A stretch of 63,511 nucleotides of DNA from a virus (IMGVR_UViG_3300025133_000099:1-63511), one strand, 5' to 3'. Counted from the first letter of the stretch, positions 8,887 through 19,105 are shown. Made by a program: numbers and translations. Notes: a model not told the origin generated them from the sequence alone.

Positions 8887-10008
8887 TCACTTCTTATACG
8901 AAAACGATTGTCGCCTTTCATGCCAAATACTTTCAACTTTATTTTCTTCGCGGCGTAAACCCTCGTAATAACTAATCTTTTTGGAATGCCCCAAGGGAGC
9001 TATGGAGTGTCCATTTCCGTCTTTAGCTTCGACGACAATCCGTAGCGCCGCTGCCCTGCCCAAGTCTGCTGGGTCGGTGCCAGCGGGACAGTTTGCGATT
9101 GTCGTCGGAATGAATGACGACAGTAGCGCATGCGCTTTTGCCGCGCCTTTCATTCCTGCCTCGTCTGGGTCGAACAGGATCGTTGCTTCAGTGACGCCTG
9201 CACTGGCAAGGAGAAATGCCTGTGCGATGGACAGACTCGAACCCATCGTCGCGACGAATCCAGGGCCGCACACAACAGCGTCCATTGGGCCTTCGACGAT
9301 GACCACTGGTGACCCAGCGGCAACAAGATGCAGCCCAACCAGTACGTCGCTTCGTTTCGCGCAGTCTGCAACGTGAGGCAACCCCCAGTCTATATGCTTC
9401 GAGGCGTCTGGAAGATTCAGTGTCTTGATACCGTCAGGCATAGTTGCACGCGCTACCCAGTAGACGAACTGCTTTCGCTGATTCCAAACAGGGATCAGCA
9501 GGCGTCCAGAAAGAAGGCGATCAGCTTTCGAGCCTGAGCCATCGCCGTTTATAGACGACAATCCAAACCACTCAGCGTGATCCTCCGAGATCCCCCGACT
9601 GTGCGCGTAACGCTTGGTGTGCCCTGAGAGCTTCCATGTAGTTCCCGGAGGCGCAGGTGCAATGGGTAGTGATTTTCGGGTAAGCTCCACGCTCTTGGGT
9701 TTCAGTGCCTTCACATTAGACGACAATCCCAGAACCCCTGAACCAGCGATCTGAGCCTCGGCTTCGAGAGGGTGGCAGTCCATCACAGCCGCCATCATAA
9801 TCGTCGGTCGCCAGCCGCTGAATCCGCAAATCCAGCACTGCCAAGCTTTGCGTCGGACGTTGACCGCTAACTTTTCGCGACCACAGCGCGGGCAAACGCA
9901 GACATATTCATCGCCAGACGAACTCTCAACGGTGAGGTTTTCGTCGACCCACTTCCTAAAGTCAAGACGCCTTTCAGCAGGCGACAACGGCACAGAGGGT
10001 TTTTTCAT
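8887..10008 (-). CDS. DNA primase (Zn finger + TOPRIM)
   Basis: CPRC...CWIC; VIVEGPMDAV; LFDPDEAG; DPADLG. Confidence 0.9.
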   Translation of the reverse strand: MKKPSVPLSPAERRLDFRKWVDENLTVESSSGDEYVCVCPRCGREKLAVNVRRKAWQCWICGFSGWRPTIMMAAVMDCHPLEAEAQIAGSGVLGLSSNVKALKPKSVELTRKSLPIAPAPPGTTWKLSGHTKRYAHSRGISEDHAEWFGLSSINGDGSGSKADRLLSGRLLIPVWNQRKQFVYWVARATMPDGIKTLNLPDASKHIDWGLPHVADCAKRSDVLVGLHLVAAGSPVVIVEGPMDAVVCGPGFVATMGSSLSIAQAFLLASAGVTEATILFDPDEAGMKGAAKAHALLSSFIPTTIANCPAGTDPADLGRAAALRIVVEAKDGNGHSIAPLGHSKKISYYEGLRREENKVESIWHERRQSFSYKK

Positions 10009-11357
10009 GACCCTGCTGGTGGTGGGGGTGGTGGTTCTCCTTTCACGGATAGATCGCTGAATGCGCCGTGGGTGTAGTCCGTGCGAACGCGCACCAAGCA
10101 GCCGTCCTCAGCATCGCGGTATTTACCCAAATAGACGCGGGCAAGGCTGTTCTCTTTCTCCTGCTCCGTCCTGTTCAAACTGATTATTACGTCGCTGACC
10201 CTGACCTTCTCGTAGCAGTCGGCTACGTCTCGCGGCCTGAGCACATGCTCGCGCTGGTCTGCACCCTTGTCGGGTCTGACAGCCTGTGTAGGTGAGCAAA
10301 CGGCGTACCCTCGGTGTCCTCGAAAGTCGATTCTCTCTGACAAAGCTTTCAACTGCCGAAAGGCTACCTTCTGTTTGGCGTACTCGGATTCTCCCGGAGC
10401 ATGCAAAAGATCACCATAGTCGACGACAATCAAGTCAGGAACCCAGCCTGAGCCTGTTCGTAGCTCTTTTAGCTCTGAGAGTAGATCCTCGTAGGTGGCT
10501 CGCCAGCTATCCATGTCGCCGAAACCTCTGATGACCAAGTTGTCTTTGAGCATGCGGTATTCGCGCTGCATCGCTGCCATGATGCTGCTGTCGATGTCGC
10601 CAACCTTCACGCGGCTGTAAAGCGTGTCAGCGAATCGCGCTTCATAGCGATCTTCGGTTTTCGACCTACCGCCTTCCAGCACAAAATGGATTGCCCGCTT
10701 GCGGCGTTTGGCGCAGGTGAACCCGCGCTGCACACACCAGAAAGTCTTGCCGATGCCTGAGTAGGCCATCACCACTTCGATTTCACCAGCCGATAGCCCA
10801 CCGTCCATCGCTCTGTCGATCTTGTCAATGCCGATAGGCAACGCAGCTTGATCACGCTCGTCGACCTGACGGCGGAACTGACGGTCACTGAACTCTTGAA
10901 AGAACCACGAGCGATCAGCAGACCCTAAGCGCATCGCGCTCATTTCCTCGATGCGTGACATCATCTTGTGCATCGCAGCGTCTGTATCACCATTGTTCCA
11001 AGCGTTTCTGGCTTCCTCGAACCCCATTAGGAAAGTCTGCTGCCTTGCCCACTCCACGATTTCCGTGCGAACGTACTCAGAATCCCGCAAATCTAAAGTA
11101 GCAGCCATGATGTCGACAGCGCCTGCGCGGGCTGGGTCTTCGTTGTCCAAGCGGCGCATTTCCGTAGACAACTTCAACAACGACGGATTGTCGTCTGCTT
11201 GCACGACCTTCCACCCCCACAAGCTCGCTGGGTCTGTCCACCCAAGCTGTCCAGCGTCGATGAAACGCTTGACCAGCGCCTTCAATCCAGGGTCGTCCAT
11301 CATTGTCCTTATCAACTGTCGCTGGAACATCGGGCCAAACTCGTCACCGCCGCGCAT
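10005..11357 (-). CDS. DnaB-like replicative helicase
   Basis: IDRAMDGGLSAGE, Walker A AYSGIGKT, LIVVDYGDLL, GKYRD; adjacent to primase. Confidence 0.9.
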   Translation of the reverse strand: MRGGDEFGPMFQRQLIRTMMDDPGLKALVKRFIDAGQLGWTDPASLWGWKVVQADDNPSLLKLSTEMRRLDNEDPARAGAVDIMAATLDLRDSEYVRTEIVEWARQQTFLMGFEEARNAWNNGDTDAAMHKMMSRIEEMSAMRLGSADRSWFFQEFSDRQFRRQVDERDQAALPIGIDKIDRAMDGGLSAGEIEVVMAYSGIGKTFWCVQRGFTCAKRRKRAIHFVLEGGRSKTEDRYEARFADTLYSRVKVGDIDSSIMAAMQREYRMLKDNLVIRGFGDMDSWRATYEDLLSELKELRTGSGWVPDLIVVDYGDLLHAPGESEYAKQKVAFRQLKALSERIDFRGHRGYAVCSPTQAVRPDKGADQREHVLRPRDVADCYEKVRVSDVIISLNRTEQEKENSLARVYLGKYRDAEDGCLVRVRTDYTHGAFSDLSVKGEPPPPPPAGS

Positions 11358-11877
11358 CTGCTCTCCTATTGGCTAAATAGCCTAATGATTTCCTACACTT
11401 ATCTTCTAAACGACAGACGTTGCACCACGCGCTTTCTGGGTGCCAACCGCCTGTGATCGGTGATGCCTCCAGCGACGTACCCATACAGACTTCGGGTGTA
11501 GACGACAATGACGCCTTAGACGTTTCGCCTAATATCGTCATTCCCAGAATACGGTCGGTGTCTTCCTCGACACGGGCGCTGTCTACACGGTCACGCCTGT
11601 CTGCTGCAACTTGGCGTATTCGCCACTCAAACCGCTCGATAAAATCGTCTTTCACCAAGCTCAGTTCTCGGATCGGCAGCCTGCGACACCAGCGGATTGC
11701 ATCGTGGCGAACAAGTATAAAGTCGAGGGGATCAACACGCTTTTCCCCGCACCAAGACAGAAACTTCTCAGCTTCCATCAGCATTTTCCTGCTGTGCGGA
11801 ATCGGGAAAACGCCACGCATACCACAAAGGTGCTGCGTGACGCGATTGTACTGGGTGATGACTTCCTGTGGCTTCAC
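11344..11877 (-). CDS. Hypothetical replication-module protein with C-terminal Cys cluster
   Basis: GTG start; coupled to the helicase; WCNVCRLEDKC. Confidence 0.6.
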   Translation of the reverse strand: MKPQEVITQYNRVTQHLCGMRGVFPIPHSRKMLMEAEKFLSWCGEKRVDPLDFILVRHDAIRWCRRLPIRELSLVKDDFIERFEWRIRQVAADRRDRVDSARVEEDTDRILGMTILGETSKASLSSTPEVCMGTSLEASPITGGWHPESAWCNVCRLEDKCRKSLGYLANRRADARR

Positions 11878-11884
11878 GGATCAG

Positions 11885-12376
11885 CTACTCTGCTGAAAGC
11901 TTGTTGAACAACTCAGCAGCGTCTACTGCGCTGTTCTCGCCTCCGACAAATACCGCCCAGTCTGCCCAGTCTGGCATTGGTGTCTTACCATCTGCTTTGC
12001 ACTGTTCCTCATAGGCTGCAAGCATCTCCTGAAGGCGTGCTGCAAGCGGGCCTGCCATGCTGCGGCAAAGTTGATCTGCACGGAGCAGCACCCACTTGTG
12101 CCCACGACCACGCCAGAACTCGGCAAGCCCCTCGCTGGTTAGAACAGGTGTCCCGTCGCCGTCGTCGGCTGGCCAGATCACTTGCGTACCACGAGGGTTC
12201 ACCGTCGGTGTTGCTTCAGGGCCACGCCATCCAAGCTCGTAAAGCTTCGTCATGACATCTGCTACGACGCCGTCGATGCCTTCTTCGGTTGATTCGACAC
12301 CTTTGACTGGAATGTCTTTGGTCAAAAATGCAAAGTTCGCAGCGCCGATACGCCGCTTCCAAGATTCAGATTTCAT
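11885..12376 (-). CDS. Hypothetical protein
   Basis: GGAGG RBS, preceded by a repeated promoter-like motif. Confidence 0.65.
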   Translation of the reverse strand: MKSESWKRRIGAANFAFLTKDIPVKGVESTEEGIDGVVADVMTKLYELGWRGPEATPTVNPRGTQVIWPADDGDGTPVLTSEGLAEFWRGRGHKWVLLRADQLCRSMAGPLAARLQEMLAAYEEQCKADGKTPMPDWADWAVFVGGENSAVDAAELFNKLSAE

Positions 12377-12381
12377 TATTA

Positions 12382-12418
12382 CCTCCGCAGATAGCTATGC
12401 CCGACCATTCAAAAACCT
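12382..12418 (-). promoter_or_regulatory. Repeated promoter/leader motif AGGTT-N12-GGCATAGCTATCTGCGGAGG (copy 1)
   Basis: Near-identical copy with the same spacing at 14354-14390. Confidence 0.6.
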
Positions 12419-12433
12419 ATCGGAAAACTTCAG

Positions 12434-13999
12434 TCAGATTCGAGAAAGCCAACCGCTCAAGTCTTCCACTTCGATGACCTCCGACGCAAAAGAAGGCTCC
12501 GATCTATAAAGCTGGAGCCTTGCTGCTGAGTGTTCGGCGAGTTTCCCAGAATGCGTGTCGGCAGTATCAACGACAATCCCCGTTGTCTTGCCCTCGCAGG
12601 CTGTCAGCACGCGGAAATAGTCCTGCGTGACCTTGACCTTCGACTTACCGCCAGCAGCGTACACAAGAGCATCTGCAACAGGAACGTCGCGGCCCTCACC
12701 GATAACCGATGTCCCGACGACGCACCGCACCGTGCCGCTGGCCATCGCTTGAAGCTGCACATCGACATTGTCGTTGTCTTTCCCGTCGACAGCGACAGCA
12801 TTTGGGATCGCTGCGGCCAAAGCCTTTGCGTGCTCGACTTCTTTCGTCAGTACGAGCACGCGCCTGCCAGTGTGAAGCAGAAGCTTTGCAGCGTACACAA
12901 GCGCCTCGTTTCGAGCGTTATGGACGACAATCCCGTCTTTGTACATGTCGTAGCCTGTGGTGTTCACTGCGGGGCCATGGATTCGCAGCATGGCGATTTT
13001 CGCAGGGACAAGCCTCCCGACCTCCACCATGCCAGCGACGGTTTGGCGATACACTGCCCGCCCAAGAACGCCTGCCATCTCAAGGTCTTTACCATCTGCT
13101 CGAAAATGAGTGCCAGTAAGACCCATACGCCAGTAAGCTCCGACAGCGGCTTGACCTACTGCTTGCCAAGTCTTGGCGGCAGAATGGTGAAACTCGTCTA
13201 TTATCAACAACTTACGCGAATGCAGGTTCGGGATTTTGACAGCGGTTTGAGGCGTGCTGATTATCACATCGGCGGTCAGAATCTGTCTGTGTTTCTTAGC
13301 AGACATAGACGACAATCCGCCTGTAAGTGCGATTGTCGTCTTACCGCGAGACTTCAGCCACCCATCCACGACTTTGAGCGTTTGCTTGGCGATCCCGACG
13401 GTCGGCACGACATAGATCGTCGGCACGTTCAGCTTGCAGATCGTCGCCAGTGCTATCCGCGTCTTGCCACTCCGTGGCGGTAAGTCAATGACGCCTCTCC
13501 CAGCCGCAAGAAAGCTGTCTACTGCTTCCTGCTGGAAGGTGAACAGGCTCGGAGCCTCGATAGGCGTGCCTGCTGCCTCGTCAGCGCGTTTGTCGTCGAT
13601 AGTAGGCTCGATACCCAGCCTGAGCGTCAGAGCGCGGTGTACATGTCCCAGAAGCCCCGTAGGGAAGCTCCCGTTCAGTTCGACGACTCTAACCCACCCA
13701 TCCCACGTTCCGCGCTGGCGTAGCGTTGATTCGAGCATCTGCACAGTTAGATTGCTGGAGTCGCAGCCAGCGTCGGCAAGCTGTCCTCGAATGTCGCTAT
13801 CAGCCCAGAGCCTCGCGAGATCGGTGCTTCCCCCCATGCGGTAGTTCTGCCGAAAGTAAGCTTTGATGATCAGTTGTGCCGACGGGTGAGGCAGTCGCTG
13901 TGCGCGGTAAGCGACATGCCGTCTGACTACTCGCAAATCTTCTTTGCTGATACCACTCAGCACACTGACTGCGTTGTTTACCTCGATCTTAGCCGTCAT
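12434..13999 (-). CDS. Superfamily 2 (UvsW/XPB-like) DNA helicase
   Basis: PPRSGKT, IIDEFHH, GLTGTHFRADG, GEGRDVP, QDYFRVL; likely start MTAKIEV. Confidence 0.88.
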   Translation of the reverse strand: MTAKIEVNNAVSVLSGISKEDLRVVRRHVAYRAQRLPHPSAQLIIKAYFRQNYRMGGSTDLARLWADSDIRGQLADAGCDSSNLTVQMLESTLRQRGTWDGWVRVVELNGSFPTGLLGHVHRALTLRLGIEPTIDDKRADEAAGTPIEAPSLFTFQQEAVDSFLAAGRGVIDLPPRSGKTRIALATICKLNVPTIYVVPTVGIAKQTLKVVDGWLKSRGKTTIALTGGLSSMSAKKHRQILTADVIISTPQTAVKIPNLHSRKLLIIDEFHHSAAKTWQAVGQAAVGAYWRMGLTGTHFRADGKDLEMAGVLGRAVYRQTVAGMVEVGRLVPAKIAMLRIHGPAVNTTGYDMYKDGIVVHNARNEALVYAAKLLLHTGRRVLVLTKEVEHAKALAAAIPNAVAVDGKDNDNVDVQLQAMASGTVRCVVGTSVIGEGRDVPVADALVYAAGGKSKVKVTQDYFRVLTACEGKTTGIVVDTADTHSGKLAEHSAARLQLYRSEPSFASEVIEVEDLSGWLSRI

Positions 14000-14348
14000 G
14001 AGGCGTGAGCAGTGTGTAGAGATTGACCCGTCGGGTCTTGGTAAACTCCTTCTTCCCGATCTCGATGAATCCGCGATCTTGGAGAACGCGCAGACCACGA
14101 TACACGGTTCGCTCGCTGAACGCCGTTAGCTTCATCAGTGTCGTAACTTTGGGCCACGCCTTTGCACTGTTCTGGCCAGCGAACAACAGCAGCGCGTAGT
14201 AAACGCACCGATCCGCACATGTCAAGCTTCGGAATGCGTCAGTATCGACATGATCTTTGTAGATCACACCAAACCTGACACCTCGTGCGTCTTTCACGCC
14301 AAAATAGCTATTCTCACCAGTCTCAGCAGGGTACGGTTCAGCGGGCAT
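13989..14348 (-). CDS. Winged HTH protein (HTH_36 / replication-initiator N-terminal type)
   Basis: CVYYALLLFA...AWPKVTTLMKLTAFSERTVYRGLRVLQDRGFIE...NLYTL. Confidence 0.8.
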   Translation of the reverse strand: MPAEPYPAETGENSYFGVKDARGVRFGVIYKDHVDTDAFRSLTCADRCVYYALLLFAGQNSAKAWPKVTTLMKLTAFSERTVYRGLRVLQDRGFIEIGKKEFTKTRRVNLYTLLTPHDG

Positions 14349-14353
14349 CAGTT

Positions 14354-14390
14354 CCTCCGCAAATAGCTATGCCTACGGAGGCTGGAACCT
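14354..14390 (-). promoter_or_regulatory. Repeated promoter/leader motif AGGTT-N12-GGCATAGCTATTTGCGGAGG (copy 2)
   Basis: Lies immediately downstream of the structural-operon terminator. Confidence 0.6.
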
Positions 14391-14406
14391 CACAAACTTT
14401 GTGTGC

Positions 14407-14443
14407 AAAAATGCAGACCCCACAAGGCAGTCCTTGCGGGGTC
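14407..14443 (-). terminator. Intrinsic terminator ending the structural operon
   Basis: Minus strand GACCCCGCAAGG-ACTG-CCTTGTGGGGTC followed by TGCATTTTT. Confidence 0.75.
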
Positions 14444-14468
14444 AGAGATGTTCAGCACAGATGGTCAG

Positions 14469-14708
14469 CTATTCAGCGTTTTCCACAGGCTCCGCGTCTT
14501 GTTCACCTTCAGCGTTTTCGCCGTCGTCTTCCGCTTCAGCAGGGGCTTCAGCAGCTTCAGCAGGGGCGATTTCAGGGGTGAGTTCAGCCGCATCTTGATC
14601 CTTAGACATCGTCATCATTGAAACAACGACGACAATCACAATGATTCCAACTGCTGCGAGGATTTTTCGCAGCTTAGGGGTCATCTCTGGCATTTTTGGA
14701 AGCTTCAT
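14469..14708 (-). CDS. Small single-pass membrane protein with acidic tail
   Basis: Hydrophobic stretch ILAAVGIIVIVVVVSMM. Confidence 0.65.
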   Translation of the reverse strand: MKLPKMPEMTPKLRKILAAVGIIVIVVVVSMMTMSKDQDAAELTPEIAPAEAAEAPAEAEDDGENAEGEQDAEPVENAE

Positions 14709-14723
14709 ATTCTCTCCAGCCTG

Positions 14724-14972
14724 CTAACCAGCAGGTTCAGGTTCCGCCGCTTCCTCGGCCACTACTGGCGTCGGTTCGGCAGCTTCGTCGCGAGGATAGC
14801 CGCGACCAAGCGGCCTAACAGTATCCAAACCTGCCAAAGCAAGCAAGAGTCCCTCCATCATGTAGAGGGTGTCAGCGGGAAGCTCGACGCCGTAGGCACC
14901 TGCAATCTCACTGATAAAGGCTATCAGTAGGCCGATTAGTACCAGCCTGAAGCGTGTTGATTCGAGTCTCAT
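14724..14972 (-). CDS. Small two-TM protein, candidate holin
   Basis: Two hydrophobic segments; located at the end of the late operon. Confidence 0.5.
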   Translation of the reverse strand: MRLESTRFRLVLIGLLIAFISEIAGAYGVELPADTLYMMEGLLLALAGLDTVRPLGRGYPRDEAAEPTPVVAEEAAEPEPAG

Positions 14973-14986
14973 ATTGTCTCCTGTAT

Positions 14987-17188
14987 TTAGGGGTGAATGG
15001 CTTTTACGTCGCAGACGATGTTGATGTGGTAGATGGCGAGTGCGGATGAGCCGAGCAGTCCAGGCCCTATCAGGCCGTTAGGCCACGCATGAATCCGTAG
15101 ATCAAAGCTTCTCCCGTGGAAAATCTGTCGCTCCGTGTACGCCAAGCCTTCGAGATCCCATGTAAGCTTCATCGGTGTCGTGCTAAAGTCGTCGTGAACA
15201 TGCGAAACAGAAACATCACTGTCGAGCCACACATTATCAATATAGTCTTCTTGGAGTCCTGATGCCGTACCAGAGCCGTAGTCAGTGATGTCATCTGTAC
15301 GGTAAATGCGTGCTGCCAACAAGTTTTTGGCAGTCCTGTCACCCAGCGCAATCGAGTCTTGCCGAGCGCAAACGATCTCGATGCGTTTTAGAACGCAATA
15401 GCAGTGGAGAGAGGACGCTTGCAGAAAAAGGCTGTTGATAGGAATGTGCAGCGGAATGTATTGAAGAGAGACTACTGCACGGCGTGCGCCAGCGGAAGCG
15501 AAGGCCGTTGTGGACAACTCACCATCTTGAATGGGAGAGTTTGAATGGACTGCATTACTCATAAGCTGCCAGCTAAGGACATTGTCGTCGTCGGGATCGT
15601 CGTCGGCGAAATCATTTGGCACCGCATTCGGATGAAGGTTGCACTTGAGAAGATCGTAAGCGCCGAGCATCCGCTTCACCTCACGCCAGTGCGTGTCGGG
15701 TTCCTCTGATGACGAATAGTGGATAAGCTGCCCAGGGTAACCTCCAAGTCCAAAAAGCGGATCGCCTGATGGGAGAAACAGCTTTGTGTATCCTGAAGCG
15801 TCTGTTGTTTCGGCGCTCTTTGCTCCGATTAGAACTTTCGGAGAGCGGATAACGCCACCAACCGTTTCGGCTTCAGGATTACCGATCTTGATTGTCGTCC
15901 CTTTCAGATTGCTGTCGTCGTCCGTCAGATATTTCGATCCGATCTGGTAAGCGCCGCTCCAGTCGAGGATACCTCCACGATTACCACTGGATGTGGCTGC
16001 CGTACAGGTGATCGAGCCTGCGGCGTCAGCCTCGGCATGATCAGTTGTATTCGTAGAGTTGTCCGACGACCCGATGCGTAGCTTATGTTGGTGCTGTGTA
16101 GCGCCGTGCGGATTTTCAGCAGAGTCTAAGTGATCCCTGCTCGTCGCGAGGCTTACCTTTTCACCGACGACAATCTTCGGCGATACGATACCAGTCGCAG
16201 GGTCTGCTACCCCGCCTGTGTCATCAGCGCGGGAAACTGTCGGCAACCCAGCTTTCCACCATCGAGTCGCTGGGTCAGCGTCAATGATGTCTGCAAGCTG
16301 TCGACGAATAATGGCGGCAAACTTTCTAAAGGTTCCAGTGCTTCTGAACAGCCCAAGGGATTGATCGTTATCATTTACGTCGATCCGATCTTGTGGCTGA
16401 TCGCCCCATTCCGCATGGCGCAGGTGTTTAGATGTCGAGACAGTCGAGGCTGGGTCGTAGACGCCGTCAAACAAGTCACTAAGTGCCAAGCTTGTGTTGG
16501 AGATTGTCGATGTCCCATCCCAATCGAGTTGAAAAATCAACTGGTAGCCGTCATTCGGCGGGCCAACGGACAAAACCCCGACGATCATCTCCCAACCAGC
16601 GAGTTTTCGTGTATCAGTTGCCACCAAATCCTCGTTGGCGGCCCCGTTATTCCAAAAAACACGAGTAGCAGGGCTTCCCGACTCGTAGACGGCGGTGAGC
16701 CAGACCCCGTAAGTTTGTGCAGCCTTTCCTGTCATGTCGAGTTCTTGCTTGTCGTCACCGTCTGAACCAGCGAAAACACCTGTTTGTGAAGTGCTGTCGT
16801 CGAGCGTTACTCCACCTACAAACCCGCTGTTCCAAAGTCGAGGCGTTGACCAAGCAGTATAGGGCGTCGGGTCGGCTGTCAGTTCGACGATTACAGATGT
16901 TCCAGTAGTCGTAACTCTGGGCAACGCGAGCATCGCGTTTTTATCCCAGTTCGTAATACCTTCGACGTAGGCAGTAGACGGCACAACTGGGTAGGCAAGG
17001 TCAGCGCCTGTATCTGCTGAACTGCCTTGGATTGTTGGTCGAGCGTTGCCAAACAAAAACTGCGCCAGTGCGCCACGGGTTTCGCCACGGCTATTGTCCT
17101 GAACTGCCGACATGTCGGGAAGGTCAACACGTTCGTTCACCTCAAATCTTACAAGGTCACGGCTTCCTGCTGGTTTCTTTGAACTCAT
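14987..17188 (-). CDS. Probable tail fibre / baseplate-attached protein
   Basis: Follows the baseplate wedge gene; DHLDSAENPHG fibre-type motif. Confidence 0.55.
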   Translation of the reverse strand: MSSKKPAGSRDLVRFEVNERVDLPDMSAVQDNSRGETRGALAQFLFGNARPTIQGSSADTGADLAYPVVPSTAYVEGITNWDKNAMLALPRVTTTGTSVIVELTADPTPYTAWSTPRLWNSGFVGGVTLDDSTSQTGVFAGSDGDDKQELDMTGKAAQTYGVWLTAVYESGSPATRVFWNNGAANEDLVATDTRKLAGWEMIVGVLSVGPPNDGYQLIFQLDWDGTSTISNTSLALSDLFDGVYDPASTVSTSKHLRHAEWGDQPQDRIDVNDNDQSLGLFRSTGTFRKFAAIIRRQLADIIDADPATRWWKAGLPTVSRADDTGGVADPATGIVSPKIVVGEKVSLATSRDHLDSAENPHGATQHQHKLRIGSSDNSTNTTDHAEADAAGSITCTAATSSGNRGGILDWSGAYQIGSKYLTDDDSNLKGTTIKIGNPEAETVGGVIRSPKVLIGAKSAETTDASGYTKLFLPSGDPLFGLGGYPGQLIHYSSSEEPDTHWREVKRMLGAYDLLKCNLHPNAVPNDFADDDPDDDNVLSWQLMSNAVHSNSPIQDGELSTTAFASAGARRAVVSLQYIPLHIPINSLFLQASSLHCYCVLKRIEIVCARQDSIALGDRTAKNLLAARIYRTDDITDYGSGTASGLQEDYIDNVWLDSDVSVSHVHDDFSTTPMKLTWDLEGLAYTERQIFHGRSFDLRIHAWPNGLIGPGLLGSSALAIYHINIVCDVKAIHP

Positions 17189-18612
17189 GTCACTACCTCT
17201 CTCACAATGGGTTCAACGCCAGCGGCAGTGATGACATCGAGAATGTCCTCAACGTACCAAATGTCGTCAAACAGATAAAATGGATATTGCTCAACGCCGT
17301 CGTCAGTGTAATCGAGGCACATCTGCGCTGAGGGGATTGTCGTATAACTTATGTTGTACTGCACGAATGGCAAGAAATCAGGATTCGGGATCGTGATGGT
17401 ATTGCCGACGACAGTGTGCCGTGCGATGCGGAAGCCGACGCTTGGATCTGTGCTGAACGACGGCATGACTCGATAGCTCATAGCCGTATCTGTCGACAGA
17501 GCCGCTGTTGTTGCTGGGTCAAGCTGGACTTGGCGAGGACTCACAACTTCGAGGATTGTTGCTATCTGGACATTCGCAGGGTTGGTTGAGGCGACAATCT
17601 GCAAAGAGTGGCCTTTCATCCATTTTGTGAAATACGGCTGATCGATGGTGACGACAAAAGGATCACCGCTGCTTGCGTTTGCGTCACTACGAACGTCGTT
17701 TCCAAGCTGCACGGCAATCGGCGAAAGGTACGCAATGATCTTCCAGTGCGTATTGTCGTCTAAGATCACACCTTTCCCCTCATCCGCTGCTACAAAATAG
17801 CTGAATGCCGTGTTGAGTAGTGTTGGAGTTGCTGCATCCGTCAACCCTGTCTGCGCGTCCTCGATGTAGTTCTTGCCAAGACGGTAAGGGTCGGTGGCTT
17901 CGTAGATCCCGTATACGACGTTCGGTGTGTGTGTAGTCTCGATGGTCAAGGCGGTAGTGCGTGCGTGCGACTCCTGCCCAGGAGTCATAAAAGTCTTGCC
18001 TTTGTACGAATCGGAGGCGGGCTTGTCGATGTCGATGAACACCTTGTGGTGATCGGCGTACTCGTTTGCAAGCAACTGCTCGTAAACCTCGTAGTTGCCC
18101 GCGCCAACGACGACGTTCATTATCTTCTCGATTGAGTTGATTGTCGTCGCGTCCAAGTACATCACGACCATCAAAAGCTCGCGGTACAGCGTGTCTGACA
18201 ACCCGCGTGGTCGATGCCAGCCGACGTTCCTCCCAAACAAATCAAGGTCGGAGCCTTCAGCGTATTGGACAAAAAATGACTGCCTGATCAAGTCAAGGTC
18301 TGTTTGATCCCGCCCGTAGTAGGTGACGACCTTGCCTTGCCTCAAATCAGACGACAATCCCAATAGCGAGGGATTCGCATGCAGCGTCAACCCTTCAAGG
18401 GTTGTCTCTGTCTTTGAAGTGTAGTCGTAACTGTCCTGCCCAACGTAAATGCGCCCGCTGTCAGGCCACCGATGGGTGCCTTCAACCTCAAGCACTGTGT
18501 CGCCTTTGCTGTGCGCCTGAGTTGTACGAACAAGCATGTAGCCTGCCACCTCATACAGCGTGTCTGCGATAGTTGAAGCAATCGCTCGCCATGGCCCTAC
18601 GCGGTCACCCAT
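17185..18612 (-). CDS. Baseplate wedge protein (P2 gpI-like) with extra domains
   Basis: AEGSDLDLFGRNVGWHRPRGLSDTLYRELL; likely start MGDRVG. Confidence 0.65.
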   Translation of the reverse strand: MGDRVGPWRAIASTIADTLYEVAGYMLVRTTQAHSKGDTVLEVEGTHRWPDSGRIYVGQDSYDYTSKTETTLEGLTLHANPSLLGLSSDLRQGKVVTYYGRDQTDLDLIRQSFFVQYAEGSDLDLFGRNVGWHRPRGLSDTLYRELLMVVMYLDATTINSIEKIMNVVVGAGNYEVYEQLLANEYADHHKVFIDIDKPASDSYKGKTFMTPGQESHARTTALTIETTHTPNVVYGIYEATDPYRLGKNYIEDAQTGLTDAATPTLLNTAFSYFVAADEGKGVILDDNTHWKIIAYLSPIAVQLGNDVRSDANASSGDPFVVTIDQPYFTKWMKGHSLQIVASTNPANVQIATILEVVSPRQVQLDPATTAALSTDTAMSYRVMPSFSTDPSVGFRIARHTVVGNTITIPNPDFLPFVQYNISYTTIPSAQMCLDYTDDGVEQYPFYLFDDIWYVEDILDVITAAGVEPIVREVVT

Positions 18613-19105
18613 CGTAAGCCTCACCGTCAATGTCGTAGGGGCCAACATCGCGTGGTGGTGGCCAAGACGCCCTAAGCTGGTATTTTCGCGTCGTGTGCGT
18701 CCTGTGGACTACGCTGAACATATCGACTGCTGTGTAGGTCAATACGCCGTCTGTCGTCTCCATGTAAACATCGTAGGGGCCGCCCTCTGGCAACGGCGGG
18801 ACGACGAACTTGATCGTTGTACCAGTTGCAGACCAGCAGACATCGCCCTGCTCCTGAACGCCTGAATAAACAGGCTCATCGGTCATCGTGTCGTAAGCTC
18901 CGCGAGGTACGCGCACCCAAAGCTTTATCCCGATTGTCGTCGGAAATGCACCGACACCTGTTAGCTCCCAACCACCGTCGTCTCCCGGTTCCCCTGTGAC
19001 TGCTACCATCGCAAGCCCAGTGCCTGAATATAGGATTCCATCTGTCGAGAGTCCGAGACTCGACGGTATTCCTGTTGTGGTGATTGATCCGCTGCTTCCG
19101 TACAT
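18605..19105 (-). CDS. Virion protein, Ig/IPT-like
   Basis: TTIKFVVPPLPEGGPYDV. Confidence 0.5.
   Translation of the reverse strand: MYGSSGSITTTGIPSSLGLSTDGILYSGTGLAMVAVTGEPGDDGGWELTGVGAFPTTIGIKLWVRVPRGAYDTMTDEPVYSGVQEQGDVCWSATGTTIKFVVPPLPEGGPYDVYMETTDGVLTYTAVDMFSVVHRTHTTRKYQLRASWPPPRDVGPYDIDGEAYDG

Noticed and set aside
12530-13483. 317-aa plus-strand ORF and other long plus-strand ORFs (e.g. 31673-32416, 48622-49269)
   Set aside because: They lie antisense to well-supported genes and have no recognisable motifs.
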